The notes under the pieces: model-generated | What the model was told of the DNA's origin: nothing | What the model saw: only the letters and a program-made list of their open reading frames with translations | Database searches by the model: none | NCBI GenBank assembly: GCA_965287045.1 | Contig: OZ336876.1 | Span: forward strand, 23,932,001-23,996,000 | DNA length: 64,000 nt | Reading direction: 5' to 3' | DNA from: Carcharhinus amblyrhynchos | Taxonomy: Eukaryota | Made by a program: the position numbers and the translations under genes | In this document: positions 39,410 to 50,458 of the stretch, piece after piece | Position numbering within the stretch: position 1 is the stretch's first letter | Layout: each line of letters opens with the position of its first letter

Positions 39410-40200
39410 ATGGGGATTGGTTTCCATGGCATGTTTCCTGCTGGATGGCATGGTGGGAAATTGTGCCCAATTTCATGCTCAGAAGTTCATTAATCATGCA
39501 TAGCTAAGTATCTCTCCAAGTCACGTGGCAGGTTGTGATTTGTTGAGTCTGCCCTGCCATTAGCTAACGGGATCAAGGGTTCTGGGTGCCACATTTAAAC
39601 AACCACACTAACATACGTATTAACTCTCTCCAGCCCAGCTTTGTGAAGGAGACACCTCTGGACAGCTACATCAAAGAAGACAGCTGCCCTGGGTTTAAAG
39701 ATTCCTTGGAGGTGGTTGTCAATAGGGTCCGCTACGATTGGGATGAACTCTACCCCAGGGATGGTTCCGAGAAGCCTACCAACATTCTCCGCTCGCTGGT
39801 CCAGGAGGCGATTGCAAGGGAGGTTGGCACGTTGGACTACCACCTGAGAATGCCATCCAGTGCAGGAAGAGGATGAATGATTTCAGGATAAGTCAATCTT
39901 GCTCTCCTGTCTCTCACTTTCACGCTGGCATCATCCACTCGAAGGGCGACACTGCCCTGGGATCTCTCAGAATTTTAGCAGGGGACACCGTGACAATGAT
40001 TGTCTCGTGGGCACTTGAACATCACCTGCATTTTAGCTTTAGCCCTGGCTAGGGAGGGCTCAGCACATGAAACAGTCAGGCATGCTTTCTAACCTCTCCT
40101 CCATCTCTTCTCACCAAATTCTAAAAGGTTTATGTCTTCACGCAGGTCGAGTTTGTGCTCAGCAGGAGGGAGAGACTCAGACTGGGATAGGGGAGGGGGG
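39410..40200 (+). mobile_element. Harbinger-type element remnant carrying a degenerate Myb/SANT-like gene
   Basis: PGFKDSLEVVVNRVRYDWDELYPRDG..., then frameshifted RNAIQCRKRMNDFR (39847-39890). Intron-like spacer, then tcttcacgcAG|...aggagggagagactcagactggg resembling an RRER.QTG exon. Confidence 0.6.
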
Positions 40201-40214
40201 AGGGATTGCTGAGG

Positions 40215-40216
<2 letters not shown>

Positions 40217-40252
<36 letters not shown>
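40217..40252. repeat. (AC)18 microsatellite
   Basis: Perfect dinucleotide run. Confidence 0.97.
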
Positions 40253-40254
<2 letters not shown>

Positions 40255-41273
40255 CATTCTGGAGCTGAACAATTTCAAGGAGGATGCTGCTCTCATTATT
40301 AATGGGGGGGGAGGGAGCCAGCTTGAAGAGAGGGTACACACGAAAGAATGGATTGCAGGGATGTGAAGCCGGAGTCTACACTGAACACTTTTGAACAACT
40401 TATACCAGTTGCCCCTTTCGTGTGAAGGGTAAAAGTGATGGCCAGGTCTCAGCAGATGCAAAAGTTAGACCAGGGACTTTTTGTCAGCGATGTGAACTCT
40501 GTTGCTGAAAGCTTGAGTCAGCAGGCCCTTTTATTCTCCCCTTGCCACCAACACCAACCGCCCCCCCCAACTAAAAACTCAATCCATGTCAAAATAAATA
40601 AGTTACTCCAACTTTCAGCAGTATTTGCTGCAAAGTCGTCAAATTTTAATCGCATCACTCAAGCCGCTAACACCCACTTCCCTAGGAACTGTCACGTAAT
40701 CCTGGCAATTTGTTTTTCCACTCTCATGTAACAAGATCAAGCCCACCTCCGTGCAGAGAAATGCACAGGATGAGATGAGCAATGAGCCTTCGTGACAGGA
40801 GCCTCACCGGAGAGAGAGAGAGAGAAAAAAAATCAAAGTAATATTAAATCAGGGAATTGCAAATATATTTCAAATTTACCCAAGCTCAAGAAAACAAAAC
40901 ATGGTTCAAAATGTGACCATGTTAAATAATATATAGCTGTGTGATGTGACTGAACTGCAATAATGTGCTTATTGGTAACATATTGTACATATGAAAAAGG
41001 TTGGAAACATTAATCAACTAGATTGTTTCCTGAGTACGTTGAAAATCTCAAATATTTGCTCACCCAAGTCCCCTCTTGCTGCTATGTTTTATTATTTGAA
41101 ATATCGACCCATTTACAATTATACCTGTAACACTGAGTTATAGTAAGTAAATGCAGATGCTGTGAAAAGAGTAAGAGGTAAATTCCGGAACAGGCACTTC
41201 CTCACTTGCAACAAACACAGAAATTCACAAGCCCACAATCCTTGACTTTTCATTCAATATAAGCTTATTATTC

Positions 41274-41592
41274 AAAGAATCCCTCCAGTACAGAAAGAGG
41301 TCATTCAGTCCATAGAGTCTGTACCGACCATAATCCCACCCAGGCCTATTCCCGTAATCCCACATATTTACCCTGCTAATCCCCGACACGAGGGTTAATT
41401 TAGCATGGCCAATCAACCGAACCCGCACCTCTTTGGACTGTGGGAGGAAAGCGGGGCACCTGGAGGAAACCCATGCAGACATGGGGAGAAAGTGCAAACG
41501 CCACACAGACAGTGGCCCAAGGCTAGAATTGAACCTGAGTCTCGGGCACTGTGAGACGGCAGTGCTTGTTCACTGTGTCAACATGCCGTCCC
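41274..41592 (-). mobile_element. HE1-like SINE
   Basis: Collinear with 1816-2138 (aatcccacccaggcc...gaggaaacccatgcagacatggggaga...gcactgtgag). Confidence 0.85.
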
Positions 41593-41809
41593 AGTGCACT
41601 ATGCTATTAGTATTAGGCTCCCAAATATTTTTGCTGGGCATCCAAATGTCAACCTGTTTGAAAATGGCAAGGCTCAGGACTCAGACAGAAACTCAGTCAT
41701 TTATTTTTTTCTCCAATTTTTGTCTTGTCCAGCCCCATTCAATGAAGAATGGGACATCTGAGCTTTCTTGAGCACCATCAAACCTTCCATGTCCATTTTA
41801 GCAGACAGG

Positions 41810-41930
41810 TGACACCACCTACTATAGACACTCAGTACTACACTTCAGAGTGAACCAAAGTTTCATGCTCAGGTCCTGGAGTACAATTTGAAATCATAAT
41901 TACTTGGCTCAGAAACAAGGTGTCACTTGT
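41810..41930 (-). mobile_element. Degenerate 5' part of a SacSINE1/DeuSINE-like element
   Basis: ctcagtactacacttcagagtgaacc...tgctcaggtcctggagtacaatttgaaatc...ggctcaga resembles the reverse complement of the DeuSINE head as I recall it. Confidence 0.45.
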
Positions 41931-43854
41931 TAATTTATACAGGTATTATCCAATATGACAGAAAACACAGAAAACTTTGACACTACCTAATGATGATTAC
42001 TTGTGCAAATTGTCATCATGGTATGCTTCACTCAAAGAATAACCTGTTATGTGGTTGTGGTAGAAATATGTCGGCTTAGTTTAATTATTTTAAATGCTGC
42101 GCTGCAACTTTGATCAATTTATCTCAGGGCAGTTACAGAGAACAAAAAAATTGTGGTATAAACCGTACTGTTCACAATGTTTGAATGATGTAACCAAACA
42201 TGAGAGTTCAGGAACAGTTAACCTCAATTAATAGTAATTAAAGCTAATTGTTGCAAACCCAGCTGATGTTAATACTGAACAGATCTGATCCCAGAGTCAG
42301 ACTTGGCTTGATAAATCATGACTGGAAATCTCCTATCCCTCCCATCATGGAAATCATCGTGGGCAGGACAGAAAATTTGACAGACCATTTCAAGATCCAT
42401 TGACCTCAGGTGGAAATTTCAGGCCTTTTGGCACGTGCAGATGGAAAATTCTGTCTCATAAGTTTAATTTTTGTTTCAAAGCCATGGAGGAAAGTCACTG
42501 GACAAATTTGATGAACTTTTTAACACAAATAATATGATAGTTATTAAACAAGGAAAATTAACTATTGTTATACCAGACAAAAAAGTTAGAAAGATATCAA
42601 TACAAACACAATAATATAATTCAAATGTTCACTTTTCCTTCACTCAGCTATACCTTGACATTCAGGTATATATTCGGAAAGATAAAACAATGGGCAGAAT
42701 TTTACATCAGTCCTGCCACAATCGATGGATTTCTGAATGACTCATCATGTTATACCCCACTGTAACACAGCTGTAAAATTTCCACTGATATTTATCTTCT
42801 TCTTGAACATTCAGGGTAAGTACAAGGCACGTATGAATTGACAGGCAAATTATGGTCAGCCACACGATACTCCAAAGTAAATAATAGATGTAACCCTCGT
42901 AGATTCCTTGGATTCCTCAACAACTCATCCAGATGCTTGCCACACTGTGAGCTAATCATTCTCACTGAAACATTGCATTCTTTTGAGGTTTTCTAATCTC
43001 CATGTTCAAAGATCTCCCCTTGGAATTCTCTTCAAACATCATTCCCATTTGGACAGGTTTAACCTGGATCCACCTCCAGGATTTCAATCTCACCTTCTGA
43101 GATTCTTTTCCCCTATATCTCTGTGTACATTCAAACTTCACCTACCAAGCATTATTTCATATCTCCAATCATGCCAAGCTCCAGCCTGCAGCACAGATTC
43201 ATCTACCTTCTCACATTGCCTGAGCTTCTTCTGAGCCTATTTTGTTTCAAGTCTGCTCCGTGCAACTTCAACTTTAATTTGGAGCCTGTTTCTCGGCTCC
43301 CTACTTCTAACTTTACTTAACAGGATATATTTTTGATTCCTGTCAAAGAACAAAGAACAGCACAGCACAGGAAACAGGCCCTTCGGCCCTACAAGCCCAC
43401 GCCACCCATTTTAACACTCAGTGAGTGCCTCATTCCAATCCTTCTTCTACCTACGACTTTTGTCTACATCTCAGGGACTCCACAATAAAGGGGTGCAAAT
43501 TTAGAGAATTATATGTTCTTGTCCCTTACCTGGGACTTCAGTCAGTAATCCCTTTCAACTCCTTTGTCTCACCTGGGAATTTTTTTCTGGGACCACTATC
43601 TGTTCCATTCCCTGATTTGAGTCCATCTTCTTTTCTTGGGAATTTCTCCATATCCCCTCCCCGTATCCTATGCTTGGGACACCTTACTCCCAGTGGTACT
43701 CCGGTTCAGGTCATCTGATATGCAGTTTCACTCATTATCTTCCACACAGGACAGCTTCCTAGCCTGAAGGATGGCAAAATGACTAACTGCAGATGGCTAA
43801 TCCCTGGCCAACGCATGCATGAAAGTCCTGAGGGCTGCCAAGAACTGTAGTTCC

Positions 43855-45010
43855 TGTCATCTCAGGAAATAGATATAGTTTTAAGTAATTTATGTTTATA
43901 CTTGGGCGTGTTAGGAATAAGGTATAGTTCTAAGTTTAAATTGTATTTCCGTGTTATGTGTTCAGAAAAAGAACTTCAGTTTTAGTTTTACTTTTAAATA
44001 TTTTTCAAATAATTTTACAACTCTAAAACAAACACTGGTTATAAAACAAAGGGCCGTTATCTCACAACCAAAGGGTCAGTAAAGCAGTTTGAGTTCAGTT
44101 TGAGCAAGCTGACCAATCCACGGGAACTGCTGGAACACGCAGGCATGAAAGAAGACTACAGAGAGCAGGCCCCAGATTAAAGGACCAAAAAATCCTGAAA
44201 CCAGGGAGAGGGACAGAAGCAATTGCCAAGAGGAGCTTCTAGTCAAAGGAAAAGATTAAGAATCTGGAAAAGATCTTATTAAGTGATATGTGAGTGAGGT
44301 ACAGAGAGATATTCCAAGATCAAAGGCAAAGTTGGAAATACAAAGTTGCACCACATTAGGTGATGTGGGTTTGGAAGAAGCCAGAGATATAAGGTGACGA
44401 GAAGGTTGGTGATTCCTTATTGCAGGCCTGGGAAGCACTAGTGTTTGGTTAACACAGCTGGGTATCTGAGAGAGTGTGTCGACATGAAGCTTGAATGCTC
44501 TGGCAATCCAGAACACAGGAACATCAGAACAAGAGGGTAAAACCCTGGAGGTTGATACTGGGGAAAGACAGCACAGTGGCAGACTGGTTAGCACTGCTGC
44601 CTCATAGCGCCAGGGACCTGGGTTCGATTCCCGGCTTGGGTCACTGTCAGTGCGGAGTTGCATGTCCTCCCTGTGTCTGGGTGGGTTTCCTACGAGTGTG
44701 CCAGTTTCCTCCCACAGTCTGAAAGATGTGCTGGTTAGGTGCATTGATCCAAACAGGCACTGGAATGTGGCAACTAGGGGAATTTCATTGCAGTGTTAAT
44801 CTAAATCTTACTTACGACTAATAAATAAGACATTTGAGAGAAAGCATAATTTGACAGAAGACTACGAGGCATATGCTTTAAAAGCAGGGATTGGAAATCT
44901 TCTTGTGAAAGACAGAATTCCAGAGGGACCAGTTGGTTCACAGTTAAAGAAGCATCTGGAGGAATAGATGAAAAATCTATCGAACTTGGTTGGAGTTTTA
45001 TCAAGTGTCT
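43855..45010. mobile_element. Possible LTR-retrotransposon LTR fragment interrupted by a SINE
   Basis: Starts TGTCA; AT-rich then purine-rich sequence reminiscent of shark Gypsy LTRs. No clear 3' terminus found. Confidence 0.3.
44567..44828 (+). mobile_element. HE1-related SINE, alternative-tail variant
   Basis: HE1 head with B box GGTTCGATTCC, then aaacaggcactggaatgtggcaactagggg...ttcattgcagtgttaat...aataaataa tail. Confidence 0.82.
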
Positions 45011-45584
45011 TTAACAAAGCAAGCAAGGTAATGAGTCAGAGAGGCTTAGTGAGATAATCTTAGGTCCCTGGCAGCTGAAGCCAATGGTGGAATAATTAAG
45101 ACTGTGGATGCTTATGTGGCCAGAATTACATGAGCATGCATATATTGGAGGCTTGTGGACTTGGAGAAGATCTTAAAGATAGGTACACAAATGGTGGTAG
45201 GGCATTTGAAAATAACTCTAAAAAATCAAGGCTTTGCTTTAACAGGAGATAAAATAGGTTAATAAGTACAACAGTGATAGGTGAACATGAGCAGCAGGGT
45301 TTTTGATGACTATTTTTACAGAGGACAGAATCTGGATAATGATTGCTGAATCCTTAAAGGAGATGTGTCAGCTGAGCCATCACAAAATGTATTTTCAAAT
45401 ATACCAAACCTACATATAGTTTATCAGTCCTCTGTATAAGATTGATGAGTTTTTTTTGTGAAGGTGGCACAGAAACACAACAGAAGCAAAAAGTCTTAGT
45501 CATGTTATGAATGTGTGGCTGAAAGCACATCTGGGATCATCATTCCATCTAACCCTAACTTACAACTACTCCACCCTCACACCC

Positions 45585-45850
45585 AATTCTATGGCAAGTC
45601 GCCAAGCAACTGACTCCCTAAATCCCATCCAATTTCTACAAGCTTCAAGTCAGGAGTGTGATGGAATTCTCTCCAATTGCCTGGATAGGTACAGCTCCAA
45701 CAAGGATCAAGAAACTCAGTGTCAAATAGAACAAAGCAGTCTATTTGATCAGCACTCCATCCATCACCTTAATCATTCACTTTCTCCATCACCTTCTCAC
45801 CCTATTACCCAAAGCACACTCCAGTCCACTTCCAAGAACTTAGCTGAGGC
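45585..45850 (+). mobile_element. CR1-Zenon-like fragment, duplicate of 47103-47310
   Basis: Shares aatcccatccaatttctacaagcttcaagtcaggagtgtgatggaa with the 47103 copy. Confidence 0.8.
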
Positions 45851-46989
45851 CCACTGCTGGTAAGATAGGGGACTTTAAATTATTTCCACCCTGTGGAGAT
45901 GCAACCGCCACCAGCAGCTTGCCTCAAGCATGCAGAGGAGAGGGGGCTGAGGACCAATTTCTATCTATTTTTCAGGAAATTAGTTCATTCACAACACCAG
46001 ATCTTTCCAGAAAGTGGGCCCATTCTAATTTCTACTTTCACAAACACAACATCTGGTTAAATGATGCCTTTTCATTGCTGACTCTGAGGTGCAGGAACCA
46101 GAAGGGCAAAACCAACTGCTGAAACATTGTTCACTAGCTCCTTCCTCTTCCTCTGAGTGACAGCTGAGGACCTGCATTAGTTAACAGCTGGAGCCAACAG
46201 AAGGAAATGCAAGCAAAAAGTAATTAAATACAGCTAACAAAAAGCTTCATGAAAAGTGCATGCAGGGAAAAAGCATACACCAATTAGGCCCAGAAAGGAT
46301 CATAAAATAGCTATGACACAATACTTCCTAACAGGTTTACTGGGGTTTATGGATATTTACTGTCACTTTTCTACGTTATCCTTTTTTGCAATGAAACTTC
46401 CATTTAGTCATATAGGAACGTTCAACTTCTACTCTCATCTGATCAGAAAATTGAATTGAGCTGGTATTATTTGCAATATTTAAGTAGGACTCCTTGATGT
46501 TCAATTCCATCATCCCATATGGATAATATATATGCATGGTCTTGTTTCTAGACACTTTTCAGACATCAGAAAGCCTGGGACAAAAGATAGCATTTGACCC
46601 ATTCACAGGATGGGGAAGGCGTTTGAATTATATGGACAAGAGAGGTGAAGAGGGCAAAATGGAGTAGTGCAAAAGAAATGAGCTTGATAAGGTCCATGCC
46701 AAATATTGGTTGGTCAATCTGAGTCTTAGTAACAAAAAAGCTCATAACTGCCTTTATCCATCTTGCTCCGTATGACAGCCAAAACAGTTACAAACCTAAC
46801 ATCTATCCAGTTTCTTTTTCAAGGAGCTGAGACACTCCACCTCACCTGTTTTTTGCAAGAATATTTTAGCATCCCTATTAATCGACAAGACAGTAACATT
46901 TCTCCAAATATCAAGCTAAAATTAAACCTGTATTTATTCATCTTGTGCTTATGGTCCCTCTCCAGTGACGTGAACATATAATCTAGCTT

Positions 46990-47672
46990 GGAACTTATCA
47001 CTGAATTCCAGATCATCAACATCTGGAGCCTATCATTGACCAGAAACTGAACTAGGTCATCCACGTAAATACTTTGGCCACAATAGCATGTCAGAGGCTG
47101 GGAATTCTGTGGCAAGTTGGTAAGCAACTGACTCCCCAAATCCCATCCAATTTCTACAAGCTTCAAGTCAGGAGTGTGATGGAATATTCTCCAATTGCCT
47201 GGATGGGTTCAGCTCCAACCACTCAACAAACTCAGTGCCAACTGGGACAAAGCAGTCTACTTGATCAGCACTCCATCCATCACCTTAAACATTCACTTTC
47301 TCCACCGCCAGCACACAGTGACACCTGTGTGTACCATCTACAAGATGCATTGCAAAACTCACTAAGGCTCCTTCGACAACACCTTCCAAACTCGTGACCT
47401 CTACACTGTGGAAAGACAGGATGGCGGGTGCATGGGAAGAACACAATCAGTGAGTTCCTCTCTGAACCACACACGCTTCCTGACTTCAAACAACAGCAAT
47501 GTTCCTTCATTGTAGTTGGGTGAAAACACTGGATCTGCCTCACGAACAGGATTGTGGCTGTACCTACACCACATGGACTGCAGCAATTCAAAATGGCAGC
47601 TCACCAACACCTTCTCAAGGCAATTGGAATGGGCACTAAATGCTGGGATGGGCAGCAACATCCCAAACCCAA
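46990..47672 (+). mobile_element. CR1-Zenon-like LINE 3' portion
   Basis: QRLGILW...YKLQVRSVMEYSPIAWMGSAPTT...LRLLRQHLPN, then a 3' UTR ending cttctcaaggcaattggaatgggcactaaatgctgg. Confidence 0.82.
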
Positions 47673-47686
47673 GACTAATAGGTTCA

Positions 47687-48012
47687 GCTGCAGTATCAGA
47701 AATGCTATCCTTTGAATGAGACCTTAAAGTGAGATCTCCTCTGCTCTATCACATGGACAGGAAGGATCCTATGCAACACTTCAATGAAAAGCCAGGAAGT
47801 TCTTCTTGATGCCCTGGCAAATGTTTATTCTTCAACCAATACAATGAAAATGAAGGATCTGATCATTAACTGCTGTTTATGGGATCTTGTGTGCAGTTGG
47901 CTATATTTCCTGTATTACAACAATGACTACATTTTAAAAGTATATCACTGGCTGTAAAATGCCTTGGACTTTTTGTGGTCATTCACTGCACTACACAGAT
48001 AGAAGTACTTTC
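47687..48012 (+). mobile_element. SacSINE1/DeuSINE-like element (Deu domain plus L2-like tail)
   Basis: tcctttgaatgagaccttaaa...tggacaggaaggatcctatgcaacacttcaatgaaaagccaggaagttct...ccctggcaaatgtttattcttcaacc...gctgtttatgggatcttgtgtgc...actggctgtaaaatgccttgg follows the DeuSINE central-domain pattern as I recall it. Confidence 0.7.
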
Positions 48013-49601
48013 AATATGTTAATTAATTATTTGGATACGTTCAAAAAATGGATCCTATTTCCCCTTTACCCCCAGCCCGTGTAGTGAGGAATTTTAAATC
48101 TTGGAATTATCCTTGCTGATGTTTGTCTGTTAGTTTGTGTTGTTACACCATATCTAGCAGATATTCTCATACAGTATTACATTTTTCCTTTTGTCTCTCA
48201 AAATGTTATTAAAACCAGTTTTCAAAACATTTTGAATTCATATTTGACAACTCATCATCTCCACTCAATTGTGTACAGAAACCAGAAAATTAAAGATAAT
48301 TGTTGAGAGTATATCACTGTTTAAACTTCCAAACAAAACACGTCTGAAAAAAATTGTTTGCAAGTTTAAATCAAGAAGTTTTCACATTTGCACCCCCACA
48401 AACAACAAAAAAACCATTAATCTTTTTTTCACGATATTCACAATGTTTATCTAAGCACATCTAAAGATGACATCAATCGTTTAATTTGGAAGCTAAAAGC
48501 TATTCTGACTCCTGTCTAATGACAGTGTGGAAAAATATGTGGGAGATACAGTGAAAAAAGAACAATTATGTAATGTCTTAATTATTTGTATTCTTTTTTT
48601 ATGTGGGTTTATCACAAAATACAATTTGCAGTGCATCCACAAGGCTATCGGATTCAAATGACTAATAATCTCAAAGGGGAGAGTGAGCAAGAATTGAAGG
48701 CAGCAAGTGTTCACTTAACTGAATTACAGCAAATTTGATCAACCCAATCTCTCGGCATAAGAGTGATTGAATTGAGTACAGGTTGTTGTGCTCATTTGGC
48801 CAGACTCTATGAAGAGAGTTCAGACAGTCTGCATGCCAAGGTAAGGTTTAATACTAATGAGTCAAATGGAGGAAAGGTCAGACCAACAAACTGAAGTGTG
48901 TGCTCTTCAGAAAGCCAGATTAATGACGCTTGGGAAGTTTTGACTGGCATTTGTCAAAGCAATACTTGATCTGAGAGAAGAGATAATGTCAATGTCCCCA
49001 TTACTGCTTGATTCCTCCAAGAGCTTAAATACATGACGCAAGTACTGAACAATAGTTTATGTGGTGATAGAAGTACTTCACTGTCAACGTTTTGGAGACA
49101 GGTGACCCGAACTTACCGGAGCACCTTATGTCCTATAATTCAACCAAGTGACATTTGCAGAAGGAAATCCACTGACAGAGGTTGGAAACAAAATACACAT
49201 CCATATAAGTAAATGCATTGTGAAATTTCCAAAGGAAGTTATTAATGCTTTTTGTTTCTGTCGGCATAAATAAAGCCAAATGATGATATGTTCTCTAATG
49301 ATTCCAAAGTTAGTATTAGCACTGAATCAGCATAATTGCATCACTGCACAATGCAAAACAGCCTGTATGGTTACCGATCCACCAGGAAACTAACTCAGAG
49401 CAACAGCACAAAGTTGTAAACTTTGCCCTCACATTTATTGCTGGTGCTGCTATGGATCCCTCTTTGAAACATAAACTGGGCAGATTCTGTAGTAACAGGA
49501 GCCCAAACTATCATAGAACCATTTCCATTTGGAGAATATTAACACAGCATCTTTGTTCCGAGGACATAACTGCATATGCATTGTTTATATAAACAGCTTT
49601 A

Positions 49602-49838
<237 letters not shown>

Positions 49839-49950
49839 TTACTAATTTACTAAACCTTTGGGGGAATAGCTGAACAGATGAGTACATAAATATTCTGAAA
49901 GGACACAAATGGCTGATTAAATTTGAATTATTTTTCTTTTAAAATTGATG

Positions 49951-50458
49951 TATAGAAAGGATGTGGAGGCTTTGGAGAGGGTACAGAAAAGATTTACCAG
50001 AATGTTACCTGGTATGGAGGGCATTAGCTATGAGGAGAGGTTGGAGAAACTTGGTTTGTTCTCACTGGAATGATGGAGGTTGAGGGGCGACCTGATAGAA
50101 GTCTACAGGATTATGAGGGGCATGGACAGAGTGGATAGTCAGAAGATTTTCTCCACAGTCAATTAGTAGGGGACATAGGTTTAAGGTGCGAGGGGCAAGG
50201 TTTCAAGGAGATGTGTGAGGCAATTTTTTTTTTTACACAGAGGGTTCTGGGTGCTTGGAACTCGCTGCCAGGGGAAGTAGTGGAAGCAGATAAAATAGTG
50301 ACTTTTAAGAGGTGTCTTGACAAATACATCTGAATAGGATGGGAATAGAGGGATACGGTCCCCGGAAGGGTAGGGGGTTTCAGTTCAATCAGGCAGCATG
50401 GTTGGTGCAGGCTTGGAGGACTAAAGGGCTTGTCCCTGTGCTGTAATTTTCTTTGTTC
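49951..50458 (+). mobile_element. 5'-truncated CR1 copy about 140 bp upstream of the CUB5 exon acceptor
   Basis: tatagaaaggatgtggaggctttggagagg (YRKDVEALER)...ttttctttgttc. Confidence 0.9.
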
